Origin: an uncultured Bacilli bacterium
Lineage (GTDB): Bacteria; Bacillota_I; Bacilli_A; RF39; UBA660
Direction: 5' to 3'
DNA: 35,099 nucleotides
NCBI GenBank assembly: GCA_944363775.1
Contig: CALVVE010000002.1
Location: 1-35,099 of the forward strand
In this document: piece by piece, positions 23,100 to 32,600 of the stretch
Numbering within the stretch: the first letter of the stretch is position 1
How the letters are laid out: every line of letters starts with the position of its first letter
Translations under genes and position numbers: made by a program
The notes under the pieces: model-generated
Database searches by the model: none
Seen by the model: the letters and a program-made list of their open reading frames with translations, nothing else
Told to the model about the DNA's origin: nothing

Positions 23100-23379
23100 T
23101 ATTTTCCTCTTTTCTTTCTTTTTTATTTATAATATTAGTAATACTTTTAGTAATAAAACCAACAGCTAAATCACTAATATTAGCTACCATATCTGTTGTA
23201 TTATCAACAATATCAAATAAACCATCTAATTTACTTGATTTTTGGTTATAATCATCAATCGCCTTGTCAACTTTATCTAATGTGTTTAACAAACGAACGA
23301 TAAACATTATAAGCACAATTAATAATATGAATAATAGCATATATAATATTACTGGAAATACAATATCAAAACAAGTCAC
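23083..23379 (-). CDS. DUF948 (YtxG-like) membrane protein
   Basis: N-terminal TM helix followed by LNTLDKVDKAIDD...SSKLDGLFDIVDNTTDMV, typical of DUF948. Pairing with a YtxH gene mirrors the B. subtilis ytxG-ytxH arrangement. The probable GTG start overlaps the upstream TAG stop by 1 nt. Confidence 0.6.
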   Translation of the reverse strand: MTCFDIVFPVILYMLLFILLIVLIMFIVRLLNTLDKVDKAIDDYNQKSSKLDGLFDIVDNTTDMVANISDLAVGFITKSITNIINKKERKEENNEQEK

Positions 23380-24164
23380 TAAGCATCATCCCTTTTTTCG
23401 TACATTGAATCAATTAAATCAAATAAATCATCTTCTTTTAATTCTTCATGTTCGTTTTCTTTTTTTTCTTCTTCTTTTTCTAATTCATCAAGTTCAGCCA
23501 AAGTCATATTTAATTTATCTTTTTCTTTTTTTTCTTCTTTATCATCTAGTCCAAATCCTAATTCTTCAAATAAATCATCATTTTCTTTCTTTTCTTCTTT
23601 TTCATTAAAAAGAATAGAATTTTTACCAAATAATGTTGTTTCTAAATCATCTTCCATAGAACCATAAGCTTTATTGCGAACATCATCAATTGTCACTTTA
23701 CTACGTGTATGTGAAATAATTGGTGTTGGTTCATCTTGTCTAGTTGTTATATCTTCTTTGTGATAATTCTTATCTAAAACACCATATACTGGAGAAATAA
23801 TTGGCGATGGTGAAAAGTTTTTCTTTCTTTTAATAGTTGTTTCAACCTTTTGTTTCTTACCAACTGTTCCTTGGTAAGGTTTTCTTCCACCATAAGCTTC
23901 TTCTCTAGTAGTATTACGAATTTCACGTTTAGGTTCAACTGGTTTTTTTGGTTCAGGTTTTAATTCATCTAAATCTTTATCATCAAAATAAACAGGAAAT
24001 TTAAACTTATCTTCTTCTGGTTCTTCCTTCTTTACTTCAACTTCTTCTTCTTTTGGCTTTACTGGAGCAGGAATATCAACATGAATTACTTCCTTCTTCA
24101 CTGGTACTTCTTCAATTTCTTCTTCTTCAGTAAATAAATTTTTTAATTTGTCTACAAATCCCAT
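23379..24164 (-). CDS. acidic low-complexity protein with N-terminal amphipathic helix
   Basis: 261 aa with a GAGGTG RBS. The N-terminus MGFVDKLKNLF resembles the membrane-targeting helix of SepF-type proteins. The sequence has long E/K-rich tracts and a conserved-looking core FSPSPIISPVYGVLD. Confidence 0.55.
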   Translation of the reverse strand: MGFVDKLKNLFTEEEEIEEVPVKKEVIHVDIPAPVKPKEEEVEVKKEEPEEDKFKFPVYFDDKDLDELKPEPKKPVEPKREIRNTTREEAYGGRKPYQGTVGKKQKVETTIKRKKNFSPSPIISPVYGVLDKNYHKEDITTRQDEPTPIISHTRSKVTIDDVRNKAYGSMEDDLETTLFGKNSILFNEKEEKKENDDLFEELGFGLDDKEEKKEKDKLNMTLAELDELEKEEEKKENEHEELKEDDLFDLIDSMYEKRDDA

Positions 24165-24173
24165 TTTTACACC

Positions 24174-24818
24174 TCAATCTTTTTTCTCTTCTTTTTTCTT
24201 TTCATTGTCTTGATCAGAATATTGTAAAAAATTATCAGTTTCAACATCGCTTTTTTCGGATGTAAATTCATCATAATTTTCTTCTTTGTTAGTAAAGTAA
24301 TCTTCATTAAGCATTAACTTTATAACATTAGGATTAAATTTAACAGTAGACAAAATGTAAGTTGAATTCATAACAGCATCGTTAATATCCTCTTTATCTA
24401 CTAATGTTTCAATCCGTGCATAATTATACATAAATTCAATAAAATATTTATTAATTTTTTCTGATTTAGTAATTTCTAGATATGCTGTCTTACCATCAAT
24501 ATCAAATTTTTTACTATAGTAAGCATCTTTATTTACTTTATAATCTAAATCTTTCTTATAATAATAACTTACTACATCTACATATAAATAATAATAATTT
24601 CCATTTGAATATAATTTTTCATTAAATTCATTGGTATCAATATACGTAACACCACGTGGAACATAGTATTTATAACCTTTTCCAACATGATTATATAATT
24701 TATTATCTTTAGAAAGTATAACACTTACCATATTATTAATATCTTTGGTATCAATTCTAACAGCGGTACATCCAGAAAGAACAAGACATGCAAGTAACAT
24801 AAGTCCTACTTTCTTCAT
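24174..24818 (-). CDS. lipoprotein
   Basis: Signal peptide with lipobox (MKKVGLMLLACLVLSGC) and an AGGTGA RBS. The mature part is Tyr-rich and unrecognised. Confidence 0.75.
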   Translation of the reverse strand: MKKVGLMLLACLVLSGCTAVRIDTKDINNMVSVILSKDNKLYNHVGKGYKYYVPRGVTYIDTNEFNEKLYSNGNYYYLYVDVVSYYYKKDLDYKVNKDAYYSKKFDIDGKTAYLEITKSEKINKYFIEFMYNYARIETLVDKEDINDAVMNSTYILSTVKFNPNVIKLMLNEDYFTNKEENYDEFTSEKSDVETDNFLQYSDQDNEKKKEEKKD

Positions 24819-24903
24819 AACTCACCTACTTAACTAAATTATATCAAAATTTATTATAATTGCAAAAAAACACGCAATTTTACATGTAAATAATATGTAT
24901 ATT

Positions 24904-25530
24904 CTATTTAGAAATTTTTATTTTATAAATTGGAAATCCTAAATTGTGAAACTTAGTTTCATATTCTGTAGCTACATTATCACCAATATCATCATTATAT
25001 AAATCTAAAGATATTTCTTCAAAGTGATAACCATATTCATTAAAAGAAATAAGAGAATACTCAAATAATTTTCGATTATCCGTCTTCATAATAATCTCTT
25101 TCTTATCTTTAAATAAAGTATCATAACGTTTTAAAAATATTGGACTAGATAATCTTCTATGGGCATGTTTTGTTTTTGGCCAAGGATCAGAAAAATTTAA
25201 ATAAATAACATCAATTTCTTTATAAAAAATTTGATCAATACTAGTTGCATCCATACGAATAAATCTTAAATTAGGAATATCTTCTTCTATTTTCTCTAAA
25301 GCTCTAATTAAAACGCTGTCATACTTCTCGATTCCAATAAAATTAATATTAGGATTTCTTTTAGCCATTTCAATAATAAAGCTTCCCTTACCCATACCTA
25401 TTTCAATATGAATAGGAAATTCATTTTTAAAAACACTTTTAAAATTTCCACGATAAGTTTCTAAATCTTTTAATACCATTTCTGAAGCTTCAATTGCCTC
25501 ATGAGCTCCTGGAACAAACTTCAATCTCAT
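24904..25530 (-). CDS. trmB: tRNA (guanine46-N7)-methyltransferase
   Basis: HIEIGMGKGSF SAM motif and FSDPWPKTKHAHRRL. Start placed at the ATG at 25530 (MRLKFVPGA) after AGGTGA. Confidence 0.92.
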   Translation of the reverse strand: MRLKFVPGAHEAIEASEMVLKDLETYRGNFKSVFKNEFPIHIEIGMGKGSFIIEMAKRNPNINFIGIEKYDSVLIRALEKIEEDIPNLRFIRMDATSIDQIFYKEIDVIYLNFSDPWPKTKHAHRRLSSPIFLKRYDTLFKDKKEIIMKTDNRKLFEYSLISFNEYGYHFEEISLDLYNDDIGDNVATEYETKFHNLGFPIYKIKISK

Positions 25531-25600
25531 AAAATCACCTAAAATATTATACACTAAAATCACAAAAAAACATATACTGTTAATGAAAAGGAGTGAATTT

Positions 25601-25864
25601 ATGAGAAAAGATAGAAACTGTACTGCTTATGCGAATGTCCCTATGAATGGCCCAATGATGATGCCTTATCCTATGATGGGACCGCTTCCTATGGGTATGC
25701 CAAATCCAACTCAAACTAGTTGCAGTTGTAGTTGTGATAATAATGGTGAATTATTACAATTAAAACAACAAATAAATAATCTTGAAAGACGTGTATCTAT
25801 GTTAGAAAATAAACCTACACCATACCATAATAACAACTATGATAGTAATGTTCAAATGATATAA
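25601..25864 (+). CDS. small Met/Pro-rich protein with CSCSC motif and coiled-coil segment
   Basis: Start placed at the ATG at 25601 after AAAGGAGTGA, because the upstream in-frame ATG at 25583 contains the RBS. 87 aa: MRKDRNCTAYANVPMNGPMMMPYPMMGPLPMGMPNP...LLQLKQQINNLERRVSMLEN. A strong terminator follows. Confidence 0.55.
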   Translation: MRKDRNCTAYANVPMNGPMMMPYPMMGPLPMGMPNPTQTSCSCSCDNNGELLQLKQQINNLERRVSMLENKPTPYHNNNYDSNVQMI

Positions 25865-25896
25865 AAAAAAGGATTTTTAGGGAAAAATCCTTTTTT
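25865..25896. terminator. bidirectional terminator
   Basis: AAAAAAGGATTTTT-AGGG-AAAAATCCTTTTTT, located between convergent genes. Confidence 0.75.
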
Positions 25897-25898
25897 GT

Positions 25899-27605
25899 TT
25901 AGCGGAAACCGCCTCCGCCGCCTCCGCCACCGAAGGAACCTCCTCCTCCGCCACCAGCAGAGAATCCACCTCCACCAGCTGAATAATTCCTAGCAGCAGT
26001 ACGAGCACTATTTGCACTATTAAAAGAATGAACAGATATATAACTTACAAATACTACATTATCATAATACATATCTGTAACAACTTCAGGATATAATCTT
26101 TTAAATTCTTTAGCAACTTTTTCAGCAATACCAAAAATTTGTGCATATATTAAATAATCTTGCCATAAATTTACTTCAACTGCACTACGATCTTTAATAC
26201 TTGAAAAATCGTTTAAGAATTTTTTTAATCCTTGTAACTTTTTAGCTTCTTCAAAAATTCTTTCATCAATAACATTATTAGTTACTGTAAAACATAATTT
26301 TTTATATGTTTTCATTGGTAACATACCATTTTTTTCATATTCTAAAGATACAGAATCTAATAAATCATCAAACCAAGTAAAAAATTTATCATAATTTTTA
26401 GAACACCATTTTTCAAACTCTTTTGGCTCTAAAATATTATTATCACTAGCTTCAATAAACATTTCATATAATTCTTTAGGTTTATCTTCAAGACTTACTT
26501 CTGTAGTTGGTTTAAAAATTAATAACTGTTCTTCTTTATCTTTAAATATTCCATTTTTAGTTCTTTTTTGAACTGTTATATAACCTTTTCTAATCCAATC
26601 TAAAAGATAAGAACCTAAAACATTAGTATTATTTTTAGTTAAACCATATAAAGTTGAAATCCAATATGCTTGATCAATTCTATTATTAGTAGGTATTTCA
26701 CGGAAATATGGAACATCTTTTGGAATATATTTATCTATATAAATAGTTTTTATTCCCATTTTTTTAGTACCACTAGATTTAATTATCATAATAATTACAA
26801 AAATGAATACTCCACCAAAAATTAAGAAAGGTAAAATCATTACAATAACATTCATTATTTTTTCAAATAAACTTACTTCATATTTTTTAGCTCCATCATT
26901 TGCCATATTTAAATATGTATCAAAGTTATCATTTATAATATTACTACTTTCAAAAATTCCTTTTGGAAATTTTACTAAAATAGTCATATATTCATTACTT
27001 TCTAGTGCTCCATCACTAGACATATATATAGCACCATTAGATACATAAGCAAGCCCACCATAATTACCATAACCCCAAACATCAATTGTGTCAGCTAAAG
27101 ATTCATCAGTATAAATTTTTATTTCTACTTGTTCTGGCTTATCACTTAATTCATATGGAACTAATGTCCAATAAATCATATCACTATCATTTAAACTAGC
27201 AACAAAATTAGTAATATTATAAGTTAAAGTATAAGAATGCATTCCATGGTCACTTATTCCAAAACAAAGTTCTATTCCATCACTTATATAATTAAACCCA
27301 TTAGAATAAGCTTTATCTTCTAAACTACCACTTGTATCCCAAAAATCTTTATACGTAAAATTAGTTCCATCCATAGAAACTTTAAAATCAGTAATTTCTG
27401 AAGTACCTAAATTGTAATATGGTTTATAACCTTCAGTACCACTATCTAAATTAGCAACCCATGTTTCGGTAACATGCGCTGTACCACTTTTATCAACATA
27501 TATATCCATATCAATAGATTTAATATCATTTTTGGCGTATACATCTAAATTAAAAATAAATAAACTTGTAAATAATATAAATATAATAAATAATATTTTT
27601 TTCAT
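25899..27605 (-). CDS. DUF2207 domain membrane protein with C-terminal poly-Gly tail
   Basis: Signal peptide, a large extracytoplasmic domain, a TM segment (VIVMILPFLIFGGVFIFVIIMII) and the tail GGGGFSAGGGGGGSFGGGGGGGGFR. Adjacency to LemA is the classic pairing. Confidence 0.8.
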   Translation of the reverse strand: MKKILFIIFILFTSLFIFNLDVYAKNDIKSIDMDIYVDKSGTAHVTETWVANLDSGTEGYKPYYNLGTSEITDFKVSMDGTNFTYKDFWDTSGSLEDKAYSNGFNYISDGIELCFGISDHGMHSYTLTYNITNFVASLNDSDMIYWTLVPYELSDKPEQVEIKIYTDESLADTIDVWGYGNYGGLAYVSNGAIYMSSDGALESNEYMTILVKFPKGIFESSNIINDNFDTYLNMANDGAKKYEVSLFEKIMNVIVMILPFLIFGGVFIFVIIMIIKSSGTKKMGIKTIYIDKYIPKDVPYFREIPTNNRIDQAYWISTLYGLTKNNTNVLGSYLLDWIRKGYITVQKRTKNGIFKDKEEQLLIFKPTTEVSLEDKPKELYEMFIEASDNNILEPKEFEKWCSKNYDKFFTWFDDLLDSVSLEYEKNGMLPMKTYKKLCFTVTNNVIDERIFEEAKKLQGLKKFLNDFSSIKDRSAVEVNLWQDYLIYAQIFGIAEKVAKEFKRLYPEVVTDMYYDNVVFVSYISVHSFNSANSARTAARNYSAGGGGFSAGGGGGGSFGGGGGGGGFR

Positions 27606-27619
27606 ATAACCCCTACTTT

Positions 27620-27645
27620 CAAAAAAAACTTACAGATGTAAGTTT
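27620..27645 (-). terminator. intercistronic hairpin/partial terminator between lemA and the DUF2207 gene
   Basis: Minus-strand AAACUUAC-AUCU-GUAAGUUU followed by a U-run. It overlaps the lemA stop and lies about 15 nt before the DUF2207 RBS. Confidence 0.4.
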
Positions 27646-28198
27646 AAAATTTAACTTGTGGTACTTCTTTGTCTGCTTCACTAGCTTCAAAGAATGCTTC
27701 AGGTTTAAATCCAAACATTCCCGCAATAATATTAGTTGGGAACATTTCAATTTTATTTTTGTATTTCATAACAGCATCGTTATAAAATTGTCTAGCATAA
27801 GCAATTTTTTGTTCTACATCGTTTAAATTATTTTGTAAATCTAAAAAATTTGTATTAGCTTTTAAATCTGGATAACTTTCAGCAATTGCGAATAATCTAC
27901 CTAAAGTTTGACTAAGTTCATTATTTGCTTGCATCTCAGCTTCTGGACTTCCAGCATTTACAGCTTTATTACGAGCAGTTATAACTGCATCTAAAGTTTC
28001 TTTTTCATGTGATGCATAACCTTTTACTGTTTCAACTAGGTTAGGAATTAAATCAGCACGTTTTTTAATATAAACATCAATTTGAGCCCACCCGTCTTTC
28101 ACCATATTTCTTAAACGTACTAACCCATTATAAGCTGAAATAAGATATAAAATAATTAAAACAACGACAACAATAGCAATTATAATTCCAATATTCAT
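27644..28198 (-). CDS. lemA: LemA family protein
   Basis: 184 aa with an N-terminal TM segment, then YNGLVRLRN...WAQIDVYIKKRADLIPNLVETVKGYASHE...AESYPDLKANTNF...QFYND, the canonical LemA pattern. Confidence 0.9.
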   Translation of the reverse strand: MNIGIIIAIVVVVLIILYLISAYNGLVRLRNMVKDGWAQIDVYIKKRADLIPNLVETVKGYASHEKETLDAVITARNKAVNAGSPEAEMQANNELSQTLGRLFAIAESYPDLKANTNFLDLQNNLNDVEQKIAYARQFYNDAVMKYKNKIEMFPTNIIAGMFGFKPEAFFEASEADKEVPQVKF

Positions 28199-28301
28199 AA
28201 GCTCCTCCTATCTATCTACATTATATCACACAACTATATTTTTTTTACAAAATTTGTATATTAATTAATTTTATTTACAAAATAAAATAAGGAGGTTAAT
28301 C

Positions 28302-28508
28302 ATGAATATAAATATTAGACAAAATATTATTAATAATTTTAAAGGTGCTGAAAAAGATGAGATAAAAAATTCAATTATTTCATCTATTGATGATGGAAAA
28401 GAAATTACATTACCAGGATTAGGTGTTTTCTTTGAACTTTTATGGAATAAAAGTGATGAAAATAGCCGTGAATATATTCTTACAACGCTACATGACTTAC
28501 TTAAATAG
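28302..28508 (+). CDS. sspI: SspI-like small acid-soluble spore protein
   Basis: 68 aa. MNINIRQNII...SIISSIDDGKEITLPGLGVFFELLWNKSDE... aligns by eye with B. subtilis SspI as recalled (MDLNLR...[22 protein letters not shown]). AAGGAGG RBS present. Confidence 0.55.
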   Translation: MNINIRQNIINNFKGAEKDEIKNSIISSIDDGKEITLPGLGVFFELLWNKSDENSREYILTTLHDLLK

Positions 28509-28568
28509 TAAGTTTTAATTTGGCAAAATAAGTGTTATGTGTTAAAATACATAACCACGGGTGATATT

Positions 28569-29633
28569 ATGTTTTTAAACGAATATAAAAACTTAGGTAA
28601 TTTTAAAAATCAGTATTATTATTTAAAAGAATATTTTTATAATTTAACATTAAATAAAAGAGCAGCTTTAATAAAAGAAATAAAAGAAAATTTTTCAAAA
28701 TATTTAGAAAACACAAAAATTAATTCAATTCAAGATTTTAATGATTTTTACACTCTTTTATATGATCAATACACATTTGAATATAATTTTAAAAACAATT
28801 TAAATGATATTTTAAAATCTAAATATGTTAATACTAGTACAATATTTGAAATTCTTAAATATTCAAATAAAAAAGATATCTTAAATAATAAAACAATACA
28901 AAAAAGATTACTATATATAGTTACTAAAGATTATCAAGTAGGAAATTTTAATATTATTGAACATTATATACTACCAGAATATCATTATGCTTTATTTTTG
29001 ATGCAAATAGATTTTAGAATAAAAAAAGAAGTAAAACCAGGATTACAAAATGTTTTATATGAATTTATTCAAAGTATTTTAAATGATCCAACCTATGGAA
29101 AAAATAAAGAACTTCATTATATTAATAGTGGTGGTTATAAAAATTGTTTAAAAATGGGAGACTATGTTTTACAAATTGGTGAAGGTCCACATCTAAATAA
29201 ATTCCCATTTTGTTCAGAAATTGCTGCCCCAATATTATTTAAAATTTTTGATAATTTTCAAATATCTCTATCAAATTATTTAGAAACACCAATAATAGAA
29301 GAAGAACGAGATGAATGTTATTTTAAAGCACGTGATAAAGGTATTATATTATTAGACTCAAAAAAATTAATTAATTTTGGTAAATACAAAGAAGATTATA
29401 TTCATCCATATAAAAATATAAGTGATAAAGGAAAAGAATTTTTAGGAATAAACATTTTCGATTTAAATGATGTTAAAAAAGGAACTGTAAAATATTTGGA
29501 TGTTGATTTTTATATTAGTGAGGATGATAATTCTAGATATGCAGAACAATTAGAAATTACTTTCTTTCATGAAAACAAAGAACAAGAATATAAATATGTT
29601 TTAAGAAAACAACAACAAAAGACTTCAAAATAA
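28569..29633 (+). CDS. hypothetical protein (possibly kinase-like fold)
   Basis: Start placed at the ATG at 28569 after GGGTGA. Weak Gly-loop-like (INSGGYKNCLKMGDYVLQIG) and catalytic-loop-like (LLDSKKLINFG) strings are present. No confident family. Confidence 0.5.
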   Translation: MFLNEYKNLGNFKNQYYYLKEYFYNLTLNKRAALIKEIKENFSKYLENTKINSIQDFNDFYTLLYDQYTFEYNFKNNLNDILKSKYVNTSTIFEILKYSNKKDILNNKTIQKRLLYIVTKDYQVGNFNIIEHYILPEYHYALFLMQIDFRIKKEVKPGLQNVLYEFIQSILNDPTYGKNKELHYINSGGYKNCLKMGDYVLQIGEGPHLNKFPFCSEIAAPILFKIFDNFQISLSNYLETPIIEEERDECYFKARDKGIILLDSKKLINFGKYKEDYIHPYKNISDKGKEFLGINIFDLNDVKKGTVKYLDVDFYISEDDNSRYAEQLEITFFHENKEQEYKYVLRKQQQKTSK

Positions 29634-29644
29634 TGAAGTCTTTT
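29617..29644. terminator. bidirectional terminator
   Basis: AAAAGACTTCA-AAATAA-TGAAGTCTTTT, overlapping the stops of both convergent genes. Confidence 0.75.
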
Positions 29645-32600
29645 ACTTTTCAAATAATTCTTTATAATATTCAAATCTTTTTACTGCATTTTCTTTATTA
29701 GATTCTAATAAATTTGTTGCATGTTCTGGATTAACTTTTTTAAGCATTCGATAACGATTTTGATTATTTAAAAATTCTTCATATAAATCAAAATTTACAT
29801 TTTTACTATCTAAATAAAATTTATTATCTTTTGGAACATATCTAAAGATTGGAAAATAGCCACATTTAGTAGCAAGTGCTTCCATATCAAGTGAATTTTC
29901 CATACCACCAACAATACCATGTTCAATACAAGAACAGTAAGCAATTAAAATTGAAGGTCCATTATGTTCACTAGCTTCTTTCATTGCTTTTATTACTTGA
30001 GCTTGATTAGCTCCTAAATTAATAGTTGCAACATAAACATTAGGATAACTCATAGCAATTCTAGCTAAGTCTTTTTTATTTGTCATTTTTCCAGATGTAG
30101 CAAATGAAGCAATTGCTCCTTTAGGGCTTGCCTTTGAAGCTTGACCACCAGTATTGGAATATACTTGCGTATCTAGAACTAAAATATTAACATTTTCATT
30201 AGATGCTAGAACATGATCAATTCCACCAAAACCAATATCGTATGCCCAACCATCGCCACCAATCATCCAAATAGAACGAGCTTTAATATATTCTTTTAAT
30301 TCTACTATTTCTTTTGGCCAAGTATCATTTACATGATTATAAACTTCCGTTGTTTTATTTAAATCATCCATATTTTCAATATATTCTTTAAACCAAATAC
30401 TATCTTGATGATCTAAATTTTGTTCCATTATATTTTTAATACGATTTCTAATTGTATTAACTGCTTGATTCATTCCAAAACCATATTCAGCATTATCTTC
30501 AAATAAAGAACTTGCCCATGGTACTCGGTATGGCATTGATGGAACTGATGCACCATAAATAGATGAACATCCAGTAGCATTGGCAATCATCATTGAATCT
30601 CCAAATAGTTGTGTTAAAAGTTTAATATAAGCAGTTTCTCCACAACCAGCACAAGCTCCTGAAAATTGAAATTTTGGTTCTTTAAATCCAACTGTTTTAA
30701 CTGTATATAAAGTATTATCTAATTCTTTTTTATAAGAAATATTTTTTTCTAAATAATCAAAAATTTCTTGTTCATGATTATTTATTTGTTCTTTTAATTC
30801 TTTGAATTCTAAAGCTTTTTGTAACTTAAATCCTGGACAAGTTTTAATACATAAACCACACCCAGTACAATCTTTAACTGATACGCTAAGAATATAATAA
30901 TAATCTTCTAAACCACGACCAAATGGTTTTACAGCTCTTTTTTGAATTTCAATTGGTGCATTATTATATTCTTCTTCCGTTAGTAGGAATGGTCTAATAA
31001 CACCATGAGGACAAACTAAAGCACATTGATTACAATTAATACAATTGCTTGATATCCAACTTGGTACTTTATCACTTATCTCTCTTTTTTCAGTTAAACT
31101 AGTTCCACTAGGAAATACACCATCATTATGATTAACAAATTTACTTACTGGTAATGTATCCCCTAATCTATTTCTAATTTTATCAATAAAGTTATTACTA
31201 TCTTTTAAATCAAATGTATCTTCATCATTTATATTAATTAGTTTTAAACTATCTAAAGAAAGTTTTACAGCATTTAAATTAGCTTCAACTATTTCACTAC
31301 CTTTATTAGAGAATTTACTTTTTATATTTTCTTCTAATAGTGGTAACCACTCTTCTTTATCAAGTAAATTTAATAGTTCTAAAATAGCCGCTTCCATAAT
31401 CATACTTATTTTATTTTTTAAACCTGAATTATAAGCAATTTTATAAGCATTTATATTATAAACTTTACAATGTTTTTCTTTGATTATTTTTTTCATTTGA
31501 TTTGGTATTAACTTATTTAACTCTTCTTCATTATAAACTGAGTTTATTAAGAAAGTACCACCTTCGTGAATTTTAGAAAATACATCAAAGTTATTTAAAT
31601 ATTCATCTTTTGTAATAACTATAAGTTTTGGATTTTCAACATAATATGTTGAAAGAATTTTATTATCATTAAATCTGATATGACTAGTTGTAACACCACC
31701 TGATTTTTTAGAATCATATTGGAAATATCCTTGAACATATTTATTAGTATTATTACCTATTAGTGACACTAATGATTTAGATGCACTAACCATTCCATCA
31801 CTACCATAACCATAAATAAGTAATTCTAAAGATGAATTTAATTTATAATTTTCATCGCTTTTTAAACTTAAATTAGTTACATCATCATTTATACTAATTG
31901 TAAAATTGTGATGTGGATTAGTTTTTAAGAAATCATAAACTGCTTTTATATCTCTTGGAGTTGTATTCTTACTAGATAGTCCATATCTTCCACCATAAAC
32001 ATTTATATTATTAGGAACTATTGCTTTTACATCTAAATAAAGTGGTTCACCAATACTTCCATGCTCTTTTGTACGATCTAGAACAGCAATATTTTTTACT
32101 GTTTTTGGTAATACTAAATCAAAATATTTTTTCGAAAATGGACGATATAAATGTACTTCAATTAAACCAACTTTATAACCTTTATTATTTAAATCATCAA
32201 TAGTTTCTTTAATTGTCTCATTTACTGAACCCATAGCAACTATAATATCAGTAGCCTCTTTATCACCATAATATTCAAATGGTTTTAATGTACGACCTGT
32301 TTTATTATTAACACGTTCCATAACTTTTACAACAGTTTCAACTACTTCTTCATAATTTTTATTTTTAGCTTCCATAGCTTGAAAATAAATGTCATCATTT
32401 TGAGCTGTCCCTCTAGTATTTGGATTATTTGGATTTAATGAACGATTTCGAAATTTATTAACATTTTCTAAATTCATTAATTCTTTATAATCACTATCTT
32501 CTAAAACATTTATTTTATTTATTTCATGACTTGTTCTAAAGCCATCAAAGAAATGAATAAATGGTAGACTACTATCAATACTAGCTAGGTGGGCAACAAC

